From a virus (lineage: Duplodnaviria; Caudoviricetes), in the IMG/VR virus record IMGVR_UViG_3300021962_000125, positions 1-58,253 of that record: a stretch of 58,253 nucleotides of DNA; one strand, 5' to 3'. The notes beneath the pieces were generated by a model. It saw nothing but the letters and a program-made list of their open reading frames with translations. It did no database searches and was not told where the DNA came from. The position numbers and the translations under genes are program-made. Positions 1-8,228 of this stretch are shown here, in pieces. Position 1 is the first letter of the stretch, and each line of letters opens with the position of its first letter.

Positions 1-49
1 AATCAACCTCTCTGACGAGTACGCCTGGAGATAATTGAGGAGTCGCCAT
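1..49 (-). CDS. gp18: Tail sheath protein gp18, 5' end only (runs off window)
   Basis: Reverse complement reads MATPQLSPGVLVREVD, the typical T4-like sheath N-terminus; lies downstream of gp17 and a late promoter. Confidence 0.9.
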   Translation of the reverse strand, partial: MATPQLSPGVLVREVD

Positions 50-82
50 GTTTTTCTCCGTAAATCTCAGTTAACTAAAAAT

Positions 83-90
83 TATTTATT
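83..90 (-). promoter_or_regulatory. T4-type late promoter (AATAAATA) for gp18
   Basis: One mismatch to TATAAATA, about 35 nt upstream of the gp18 ATG. Confidence 0.7.
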
Positions 91-130
91 AAAAAGTTAC
101 TTTACGTGGAAGGAAACATGACGTGAACAA

Positions 131-379
131 CTACCAGTCAGGATATTCACACTCAGAAAAATGTGGATGATTTTTTCTGTTATCTGAAATTCTTTTTACT
201 GTACATTCTTTGCATTCATAAGAATATGAAGATGCAACAGGACCTCTATCTTTACGAGTTCTATAGAATTCCCCTATCAAATTCTTCAGTTGCCCACAAG
301 TTCTACATTTTCTATCTGTTAATAATAAATGACCTAATTTTATTTGCTTGTCTAAATCTATCAAGACAAATACTCCCAC
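131..379 (-). CDS. Small Zn-finger protein (CxxC...CxxC); start uncertain, probably near 364
   Basis: RKCRTC...YECKEC; lies between gp17 and gp18. Confidence 0.65.
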   Translation of the reverse strand: MGVFVLIDLDKQIKLGHLLLTDRKCRTCGQLKNLIGEFYRTRKDRGPVASSYSYECKECTVKRISDNRKNHPHFSECEYPDW

Positions 380-2007
380 ATATATGCACGATCTCCATAT
401 TCGTCAGTGAACCATCTATCTCCTTCATTATCAACAAAACTAGTTTCATCTAAACCATCTGCAATAAATCCAAAAGGAGCCATATCCTGTTCTATTTGAT
501 TTTTTTGCTCTTCATATAAACGCTTTCTAACATCCTGATCAGTAAGTTCTTTAAAATAATCTTGAGCAACCAACCAAGCATAAATTACAAGGCACATTGC
601 CAAGTCATCATTACAACCTTCTTCTGCTTCAAAAGAATTATGCTTTTGAATGAACGTCGTTAACTCACTCATAATTTCATAATCTTTAAAAAGAAGTTTA
701 CTTTCCTCAATCATTGTTTTTAAATTGAGGCATCCAACTTTTTTAACCGTCTTGGACATTTTTACGCCCAACTGTGTTTTCTTACCAGAAAATCCTTGAC
801 CAACAATCTGACCTGCCCTACCTCGCATAGAGCACATGAGTAGATTGGTATATTCCAAATCATAATGAATAATTGATGCTACTTGATCTCCAACGTCATT
901 TACTTCACATAGAATGTAGGCATTATTATAATTTTTTGCTACGTCCACAACAATACTTGGAAAAAGCATTGGTTTAATTTCATTATTTCTATACTTTGCA
1001 ACTACTTGGTGAGGGAAAGTGGTAATATCAATTACAGTAAACGCCGAGTAATCGTTTCCTACGCCTCTAGCAACGTCCACAGTCATCAAGTAGTCATGAT
1101 CATCTATTGGATCATCATGAACGTCTAGACCGCCGCTGCTGGTCTTTGGGTGGTCATATACGAGAGATCTAAGTTTACTTGGTGCAATCAAAGTGTCTAC
1201 AGATCCAAGAAATTCACACTCGAACTCAACTTTGAACTGCTGCTCACTTGTGTTTGCAATAGTTTGCTTTTTCCACTCTTCATCTCTTCCGGGAACTTCG
1301 CTCCAGTGAACATCTGTAAATACATATTCATTCTTACCTTTCTCGGCATCGTGCCACATTCGGTAGAAATGATTCATACCATGTGGAGTAGAAACTATGA
1401 TAACTTTAGTTTGTTTACCAGAAGTAATCGTAGGATAAACCGATGCAAAGAATGAGTCTGCAATATGATTTGGAACGAACGCAAATTCGTCCAAGAATAA
1501 AATGTTAAATGACATTCCTCGGACAGCAGATGCGGAGGTTGATGCTGCTAAAATCTTGGATCCATTTTCAAGTTCTAGAGATCCTTTGTTCCAAGAAATG
1601 ATGCCTTGCTGCATCCACTTTGGCAAGTTCTCATAAGCAGTTTGGAGACGGTCTAGAAGTTCTCTTGCAGTTGCTGCTTTGTTTGCAAGAATACCAATAT
1701 TAACGTTATCATTAAATACTGCATAATGCAATAGAAAAGAAACCACAGTTGTAGACTTACCAGTCTGTCGTGGCATTTTACAGATATTAAATCTGTTATT
1801 ATGGAAGTTATTAATTAACTTCTCTTGGAAATGATATGGTTTGAAAGTTTGTAGACCATGATCTAGAGTTACGATCTTTACATAATTATTTGCAAAGTAG
1901 ACCGGATTGTCTTTGCATTTGACAAACTCAAGAATTTGTTCTTGAGTAAATTCAATAGGAGTATTTGCTTTTTTTAAAAGCGGATTACCAAGATAAACAT
2001 CAGACAT
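361..2007 (-). CDS. gp17: Terminase large subunit gp17
   Basis: YLGNPLLK N-terminus, Walker A PRQTGKST, Walker B FLDEFAF, STPHG coupling motif, nuclease motifs VDVARG and NDDLAM. Confidence 0.98.
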   Translation of the reverse strand: MSDVYLGNPLLKKANTPIEFTQEQILEFVKCKDNPVYFANNYVKIVTLDHGLQTFKPYHFQEKLINNFHNNRFNICKMPRQTGKSTTVVSFLLHYAVFNDNVNIGILANKAATARELLDRLQTAYENLPKWMQQGIISWNKGSLELENGSKILAASTSASAVRGMSFNILFLDEFAFVPNHIADSFFASVYPTITSGKQTKVIIVSTPHGMNHFYRMWHDAEKGKNEYVFTDVHWSEVPGRDEEWKKQTIANTSEQQFKVEFECEFLGSVDTLIAPSKLRSLVYDHPKTSSGGLDVHDDPIDDHDYLMTVDVARGVGNDYSAFTVIDITTFPHQVVAKYRNNEIKPMLFPSIVVDVAKNYNNAYILCEVNDVGDQVASIIHYDLEYTNLLMCSMRGRAGQIVGQGFSGKKTQLGVKMSKTVKKVGCLNLKTMIEESKLLFKDYEIMSELTTFIQKHNSFEAEEGCNDDLAMCLVIYAWLVAQDYFKELTDQDVRKRLYEEQKNQIEQDMAPFGFIADGLDETSFVDNEGDRWFTDEYGDRAYMWEYLS

Positions 2008-2026
2008 AATAAAACCTCATTTTATA

Positions 2027-3937
2027 TTAACAGTTCCAAGCCCTTAATGATTTATTGATTCTGCTATTTGGATCGTTTGCTGTTTTTGCTGAAGTTAGTT
2101 TTTTCTTCATCCCGGACATCCGAGCACAAAAACTTTTTCTGCGTGGATTTCCAACCTTCTTTGAGGGTGCCTTAAGGTCGCTTCCAGGATTCTCTCTTTC
2201 GTAAGATTTGCGCCCTTTTTCGTTGAGTCCACCTTCTTTATTTTTCCCTGCAGAACGTTGCCATGCAGCAACTTCTTCCAATTCAACTTCTTCTCCCATT
2301 GGTTTTACATAATTTTTATTTGGTCCTGGTTTTGCAGAACTACCACCTTGGGGACCAAATGCTTGAATTAATGGTTGACCTGGTTGAATTTCTGAAACTG
2401 AATGATAAACAACCATTGATCCAGGATAGACTTTTTGGAGTTCATCGTTTATTTCTTTTCTTGAAGGAGTCTTTACTTGAGGGAAAAACATTTTCATTGC
2501 ATAGTATTTTCCTCTCCAAGAAAGAGTAACTGCAATTACATTCCCCGTTTGTGCTTGAAGTCTTGTTGCTTCTTCCACTTGAGACTTAAATCCTTTAATT
2601 GGTTCGGGTTTAATCAAGTCAACTACTTCCGCAAAAGTATTTCCATCAGCATCTTCAATTGTCACATCTTCTGCTTTTACGCAGCGATTATATTTTTTAC
2701 CAAAAAGTGTTTGAGTTCCTTTCTTTTTATATCCAGGCCAACACTTCATTTCATCTATGATTTTATCAACTAACTTTTGCTCTTCCATTTCTCCGCTTGC
2801 AATATAATCTGCTGCGGTATCAATATAATCTGCTGCTTTAGTAATCTTTGATTGGACCCATGCTTCAAGATCTCCTTCACCTTTACCAACCTTTGCTTTA
2901 AGTCTTTTTACCGCATCTTCAATAGTCTTAAGTTCCGATCTTGCCATCGAATATTCTTCATCCTTAACAGAAACTTTATCCCATGTCTTTTCACCGTAAG
3001 AGCATTCAGATCTTGTTTCTCTTTTATCACATAACGGACAGTATCTTTCTTCTTCGTGCATAGTTTCCTCTGATTTAGTTCCCCAGTTTGCAGCACCAAC
3101 CTTACGACACTTAACCAATGCTCCAGAAGCATATGCGCTTGGCCATACATCATATCTGGACTTTACTTTGTGGTAACATGCATCTTTTTTACCACTACCT
3201 TTGCTTGGTTTGTCCTTTACTTCTTGTAAGTCCATTTCTTCAGTTCTAACATTTGTTGGTTTTGTACCACCAGTTTTTTGTGGTTGATTTGGATCTTGAA
3301 TATTTTTCCTACGTCTTGCTGCTTCTTCCTCTTTAGCACTTAAATCTCTTTTCATTTTAGAACTCCCACACTTTGGGGTGGAAGTTTGTCCAGGTTGACG
3401 AGCACATGGTTTTCCTGACCATTTGCCGCCAAGTTGAACCCATCCTTTTTTGCCGTCAGATGATTTTGATTTTCCAAACCAATCGTGAAGACCTTCATCT
3501 CCAGATTTAGTTTCCTCTTTTAACTTTGCGGGAATTGAATAAATGTCCCAACAAGTTGGTCCATATTTGCATTCACTTCTCAACTGCACTTTTTTGCACT
3601 TTGGACAATATCTCTTATCATATTCTAAATGTACAGAATGTGCATTGTGATATTGTATTGGAGAATCCATATCATCAGCACCATCATAATCTTCTTTTAC
3701 ATCTCTGAATTTTTTATGATGCTTTTTAGCATCTGCTTCCATTTTTTTCAAACGGGTGTAATAATCTGGAATTTCATCGAGATGTTGAAGAGCAATATCC
3801 ATTGCAAGTTCATGATCTTTAGTATGCTCATGCTCAATAGGTTCGCCCATATCAAGTTGCTTTTGTATAAAAGAAACATCAAGACGATGCTTCTTTGCAA
3901 TTTGCTCAACTGTTTTATGTGGTTTGATCTTGGGCAT
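2027..3937 (-). CDS. Modular Lys/Cys-rich protein (DUF5661-like N-terminus, DUF6321-like C-terminus); probable head-internal protein
   Basis: EHEHT...ALQHLDEIPDYYTRL, duplicated RYCPxC...RSECxYG...WD, C-terminal RRKSFCARM...SLRAWNC; domain names from recall. Confidence 0.7.
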   Translation of the reverse strand: MPKIKPHKTVEQIAKKHRLDVSFIQKQLDMGEPIEHEHTKDHELAMDIALQHLDEIPDYYTRLKKMEADAKKHHKKFRDVKEDYDGADDMDSPIQYHNAHSVHLEYDKRYCPKCKKVQLRSECKYGPTCWDIYSIPAKLKEETKSGDEGLHDWFGKSKSSDGKKGWVQLGGKWSGKPCARQPGQTSTPKCGSSKMKRDLSAKEEEAARRRKNIQDPNQPQKTGGTKPTNVRTEEMDLQEVKDKPSKGSGKKDACYHKVKSRYDVWPSAYASGALVKCRKVGAANWGTKSEETMHEEERYCPLCDKRETRSECSYGEKTWDKVSVKDEEYSMARSELKTIEDAVKRLKAKVGKGEGDLEAWVQSKITKAADYIDTAADYIASGEMEEQKLVDKIIDEMKCWPGYKKKGTQTLFGKKYNRCVKAEDVTIEDADGNTFAEVVDLIKPEPIKGFKSQVEEATRLQAQTGNVIAVTLSWRGKYYAMKMFFPQVKTPSRKEINDELQKVYPGSMVVYHSVSEIQPGQPLIQAFGPQGGSSAKPGPNKNYVKPMGEEVELEEVAAWQRSAGKNKEGGLNEKGRKSYERENPGSDLKAPSKKVGNPRRKSFCARMSGMKKKLTSAKTANDPNSRINKSLRAWNC

Positions 3938-4092
3938 TATTCAACTGGTTTTGATTTAGTCTTCTCACCTTCTGCTCTCTTTTTTCTCCCCGCACAGTGA
4001 GCACGTTGAGAAAATCCTTTTGGATTTGAGCAATCAATACTCTTTTTATATTTATTACTCCAGTCTTCTTGAAACTGTTTAAACGTTTTCAT
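3937..4092 (-). CDS. 51-aa protein MKTFKQFQEDWSNKYKKSIDCSNPKGFSQRAHCAGRKK... (absent from ORF track)
   Basis: Manual translation; stop overlaps the next ATG (TAATG); N-terminus resembles the T4 capsid-targeting sequence. Confidence 0.75.
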   Translation of the reverse strand: MKTFKQFQEDWSNKYKKSIDCSNPKGFSQRAHCAGRKKRAEGEKTKSKPVE

Positions 4093-4516
4093 TTTCAGTT
4101 TGTTGTTTTAAAAGTTTTGCTAATTCTGCAGTAGATCCGACAAAAAGTGCATTATTAACTGTTGTTGGTCCTTTTTGTTTTTCTTCTTCAATGTCTTTAA
4201 GTTTCTTTTGTAGATCCATTAATTTATCGGTTGCATCAGCGACATTTTTGATTAACTGACCTGCAACTTCATAAGCACGAGGCATCTCACTTTCCTGTGC
4301 CAATTCAAGAATTCCATTAATTGCTTCTTGACCTTTTTCTATAAGTGAATATAAATTTCCTCTTGTATAATCGTAGTCTTTTTTGATATCATCAACTGTT
4401 GATGATATTTTTTCAATTTTTTCAATTGTAGTTTCTGTTTCGATAGGAACTATTTCTCCATCTACATTGAATGTTTCATTGAGTTTGTCAAACTTTTTTG
4501 TCATTTTCATAGTCAA
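4079..4516 (-). CDS. gp16: Terminase small subunit gp16
   Basis: DYDYTRGNL...ESEMPRAYEV...NNALFVGSTAEL; position downstream of gp15. Confidence 0.93.
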   Translation of the reverse strand: MTMKMTKKFDKLNETFNVDGEIVPIETETTIEKIEKISSTVDDIKKDYDYTRGNLYSLIEKGQEAINGILELAQESEMPRAYEVAGQLIKNVADATDKLMDLQKKLKDIEEEKQKGPTTVNNALFVGSTAELAKLLKQQTENENV

Positions 4517-5514
4517 CTAAAAGATCCACTAAATCCAAAATCATCACCATCTTCAATTAATAAGTTATCTGCGGATGTTATTGATTTTACTTGAGCTCCT
4601 GCCAGATGTGAGGTAATTGTTGTATTATCTCTACCTCTTTCTACAGTTAATACGTTGCCTGATTTTGACTGAACATAAACTTCTTCACCTTCGATATCTA
4701 GGTATGTTCCTGTTGATATTGAACTTGCATTATTTACTGTAATTAAAGTATCCGTATTAGATATATCATTCGCTAGGTTAGTAATAACTGAACCAGTATA
4801 ATTTTTAATTGCTCTTGGTTCAGAAGAATAAACAACTTCTCTTGTTGGTGAAGAAGTAACATCTCCTGCAATGTATCCAATAGAAGCCTTTTTGATAATA
4901 TCTTTGGAGGCAGAAGAAATTGGACCAAAAAGATAAGTTTTTACTGTAAATCTTAAAGTATAAATTAATACTCTTCGAGTTGTAAAATCTCCCTCATAAT
5001 CATCCTGCATTGTTATATTTTCAAGAACAACAGGGATATCTCTTTTTTCACTAATAGTATCAACCAAGTCAACAGTCATAGTGTATGCTGGTTGAAAGTA
5101 TGGGATAATTTGCTCAATAATTTGTAAAGCATCATCATTTAATTTTGACATAATGCTCAATTCAAATTGCATGTTATAGGGGACGGGAAGATATGATTTT
5201 TTAGTTTCTTTACCGTCCTCTGCAGATTTTGTAGTAAAATATTGAGTAGTTGTTGATTTTCTAGATGAATCATAAGTCAATCCCGTAAATTCAAAAGACA
5301 TTCTTGGCAATGTAATTTGAACGGGTTTGTTTAAATTTGGTGATTGGTTAAGTCTTGCTAAAAACTTTTGTGTCGGCCCATATGCGAGCGGAACTTTCAT
5401 CACATTAATCACACTATCAGCATTGTTTGTATGCTTAATTGATATATTATTAAAAAGAGAACCAAATGAAATTACAGTTCTCCTTAAAATTTCGTGATAA
5501 AAATACTCAAACAT
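4513..5514 (-). CDS. gp15: Tail sheath stabiliser / tail terminator gp15
   Basis: YFYHEILRR...FGSLFN, VPLAYGP, LPRMSFE, PVPYN, QIIEQIIPYFQP. Confidence 0.95.
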   Translation of the reverse strand: MFEYFYHEILRRTVISFGSLFNNISIKHTNNADSVINVMKVPLAYGPTQKFLARLNQSPNLNKPVQITLPRMSFEFTGLTYDSSRKSTTTQYFTTKSAEDGKETKKSYLPVPYNMQFELSIMSKLNDDALQIIEQIIPYFQPAYTMTVDLVDTISEKRDIPVVLENITMQDDYEGDFTTRRVLIYTLRFTVKTYLFGPISSASKDIIKKASIGYIAGDVTSSPTREVVYSSEPRAIKNYTGSVITNLANDISNTDTLITVNNASSISTGTYLDIEGEEVYVQSKSGNVLTVERGRDNTTITSHLAGAQVKSITSADNLLIEDGDDFGFSGSFS

Positions 5515-5557
5515 ACGGTTAACTTATAATACTACTATTTAATCAATTAATAACAAA

Positions 5558-5565
5558 TATTTATA
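5558..5565 (-). promoter_or_regulatory. T4 late promoter TATAAATA upstream of gp15
   Basis: Exact consensus in the gp14-gp15 intergenic gap. Confidence 0.8.
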
Positions 5566-6978
5566 TCAAGGCATCCCGAAGGGATTTGTTTCGTCAAAAT
5601 TGATAATTTGATCTGCCTCTACTTCAATTTCATCATTTGCGGCATACCCATCTCTAACAGGATATGCATCAAATGAACGTAAATAGTGGGAAGCACTTGA
5701 TGCAGATCCAACAATATTTTCCCCAACTTTAAAATCGCCAGTAATATTAGAAACTTGGAGAACGTTCGTAGATGAATTCCAAGATTTTACTCTTGCAGTA
5801 ACACCACTTTGTGATCCTCTTACAACTTCGTTGAATACAAAGTTGCCAGATGAAGTAAGTGCAGGATTTGCGATAGTGATAGTTGGTGGAACTGTATATC
5901 CAAGACCAGCATTTGTTATATAAATTGAAGTAATAGAACCAGCAGCAGAAACAACTGCTGTAGCAGCTGCTGATACTGTTGAAATTCCATTAAAGGTAAT
6001 ATTCGGTGGTGTTACATATCCGGATCCAGAATTTGTAACAGTAACAATGCCAATAATACCATTACCTATTGAGGCAATCCCTGTTGCACCTTTTCCTCCT
6101 CCGCCAATAAATCTTACTTGAGGTGCAACTGTATATCCATAACCTGCATTTGTGACAAAAACTTGTTGAACTGATTTTGCTTTTGGATTTATGTTTGTGT
6201 TACATGCAACTATGCCACCTATCATCCCAGCAATTGCAGTCGCTGTTTTTCCTCCAGCAGGCGCAGAAGAAATACCAACAGTCGGTGTACTTGTATATCC
6301 ACCTCCGCGATTTGTTATCGTAATATATCTTACGCCACCATTTACAATTATAGAAGTTGCAGATGCAGTAACTCCAACTCCAACCATAGTAAGATTTACA
6401 ATATTACCAACAGGAACTTTATCAGAATCTGTTGAATCATTGCCACCAATGAGTTCATCGATTTCATCAATACTGGTATCTATCAATTCATCTTCATATC
6501 TGAAGAGTTCGCATCTTAATTGGTAAGTATATAATCCTTGAAGTTGATAAAATGGTTTCTCATGCTCAACATATTTGACTTCAAATAATCTTTTACCTAA
6601 AGGAAAATAAATTAAATCACCTTCTTTTGGCCTAGATGATACTTTTATATTTGATTGGTTTTGTATTAGTGGTGAGATATAATTTTTAAATCTTTCTCTT
6701 GAAATTGTTAGGGTTATTTCATTAAGAGCCTGGATTCCAAATTTTGATAAAATGGTTGGGTTGTCGCTATATCCATCATATGTGTCAACATAAGCTTCAA
6801 TTGGGTATGCGCCATTGAATTCGGATTCAATAACTTCTCTTAATACTGTTTTTTCTGTAATGAATTGTCTAGGCAAATAATGAACTTCAACACCATACAT
6901 CCTCAACTGCTCATTAATCAGGTCTTGAATAAGACCCTGTTCTGCTTTAGAACCTTGAAGAAAAAATGGATTGAGCAT
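5566..6978 (-). CDS. gp14: Neck protein gp14 with inserted Gly/Thr-rich repeats
   Basis: EQGLIQDLINEQLRMYG, LSKFG, RPKEGDLIYFP, PFYQL, C-terminal ETNPFG. Confidence 0.95.
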   Translation of the reverse strand: MLNPFFLQGSKAEQGLIQDLINEQLRMYGVEVHYLPRQFITEKTVLREVIESEFNGAYPIEAYVDTYDGYSDNPTILSKFGIQALNEITLTISRERFKNYISPLIQNQSNIKVSSRPKEGDLIYFPLGKRLFEVKYVEHEKPFYQLQGLYTYQLRCELFRYEDELIDTSIDEIDELIGGNDSTDSDKVPVGNIVNLTMVGVGVTASATSIIVNGGVRYITITNRGGGYTSTPTVGISSAPAGGKTATAIAGMIGGIVACNTNINPKAKSVQQVFVTNAGYGYTVAPQVRFIGGGGKGATGIASIGNGIIGIVTVTNSGSGYVTPPNITFNGISTVSAAATAVVSAAGSITSIYITNAGLGYTVPPTITIANPALTSSGNFVFNEVVRGSQSGVTARVKSWNSSTNVLQVSNITGDFKVGENIVGSASSASHYLRSFDAYPVRDGYAANDEIEVEADQIINFDETNPFGMP

Positions 6979-6982
6979 ATGA

Positions 6983-7837
6983 TTAACCTATCATATCTAG
7001 AGGAGGAAGTTCATAAGTACTGGACATTTTTTCCATCAAAATATCAATTTCTCTTTGAGCATCGTCGTACATTTGTCTTCCATTTAACTCAACGCCACCT
7101 GGAAGTTTAACTCCAGTAAATTTCATCATATTTTGTCCCCATTGTTTCTTAATTAGAGAAGTAAGATATGGTTTTAAGAAGGAATCGTTCCACACTCTTG
7201 AATAATCATTAGGATCAAGAGTTGAATAGCAATCAATGATAAAGAACTGATCTGCTCTTACAGAACTCCAATCTATATCTAAATACAATCTATCTTGTCT
7301 TTTATTAAATCTAATTTGTTTTTGTGTATTGAGGAGAAAATCTAGATCTTCTAGGTATGTTTTAACCATTGCATAACTTAAGAGTTCAGTTGTACCCCAA
7401 TAGTAGATATCATTCAAGAATAATTGATACTTTACACTAAACATATTATGCGTAATAGTATTCGCCCCATCAAAAATAAAAATCTTATTTACTCCAATAA
7501 TATTTGGGGGCATTTGTAGGTAGTTGCTATTTTCGTAGAAACTAAAAGTAGTTGCCGTTCCTACTATATTTGCTGTTGCCGATGTACTTGCAATACCAAC
7601 TGAACTAACTGCATTACTTGCAGTTCCTGCTCTTCCCCTATCAATATCTGCTTGAGTTACTTTATATTTGTAAAAAGTCGGGAATACACCATCAAAGTGT
7701 CTTTCTTGAAAAAACTGAACGGCATCATCTACTAGGTCTTCAATTTGCTCATCTGCAACGTTAATTTCTAAAACTGGAGCTCCAAGTTTTCTTTTGCAGT
7801 AATCAATTAATTCTTGTCTAGTAGATGGTTGTGCCAT
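6983..7837 (-). CDS. gp13: Neck protein gp13
   Basis: LIDYCKRKLGAPVLEINV, KQWGQN, GVKLPGGVELNG, PPLDMIG. Confidence 0.96.
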   Translation of the reverse strand: MAQPSTRQELIDYCKRKLGAPVLEINVADEQIEDLVDDAVQFFQERHFDGVFPTFYKYKVTQADIDRGRAGTASNAVSSVGIASTSATANIVGTATTFSFYENSNYLQMPPNIIGVNKIFIFDGANTITHNMFSVKYQLFLNDIYYWGTTELLSYAMVKTYLEDLDFLLNTQKQIRFNKRQDRLYLDIDWSSVRADQFFIIDCYSTLDPNDYSRVWNDSFLKPYLTSLIKKQWGQNMMKFTGVKLPGGVELNGRQMYDDAQREIDILMEKMSSTYELPPLDMIG

Positions 7838-8007
7838 TAGATTTTAAAACCCGCAACTACTTCTTGTTGTTTAAAATATAATTTGATATAAGACTTTGCC
7901 ATGTTCCTCAAAGTTTCAATATCATCTATACTATCTATATCTCTAGAAAGTTTTTCATATTCAAATAATTTAGTAATATTTTCTAAAGAGACTTTATCAG
8001 GATCCAT
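7837..8007 (-). CDS. 56-aa helical protein MDPDKVSLENITKLFEYEKLSRDIDSIDDIETLRNMAKSYIKLYFKQQEVVAGFKI (absent from ORF track); possibly NblA-like
   Basis: Manual translation; overlaps both neighbours; fills the gap before gp13. Confidence 0.7.
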   Translation of the reverse strand: MDPDKVSLENITKLFEYEKLSRDIDSIDDIETLRNMAKSYIKLYFKQQEVVAGFKI

Positions 8008-8221
8008 TTGCCAAATTCCTCAACAAGTTTTTAATTTCATTCAAATCATTTTTCATATCACTAATTTCATTTTCTATATTTTTAATTTTTTGAGATTCGC
8101 TTTCCTTTAATTTTCTAGAATTAATGTAGTTGGTATACGCTTGCACATCAGTATTAATGATGGCATTTGTACTCATGTCCCGAAATAAATTCACCTCATC
8201 TTTTACTTTGATTTTTTTCAT
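7997..8221 (-). CDS. Small coiled-coil protein
   Basis: LFRDMSTNAIIN...EISDMKNDLNEIKNLL; tightly packed in the operon. Confidence 0.8.
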   Translation of the reverse strand: MKKIKVKDEVNLFRDMSTNAIINTDVQAYTNYINSRKLKESESQKIKNIENEISDMKNDLNEIKNLLRNLANGS

Positions 8222-8228
8222 TTTAAAA

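Noticed and set aside
361-2007. Intein or intron in gp17
   Set aside because: 548 aa is a normal length with contiguous motifs; no splicing motifs seen.
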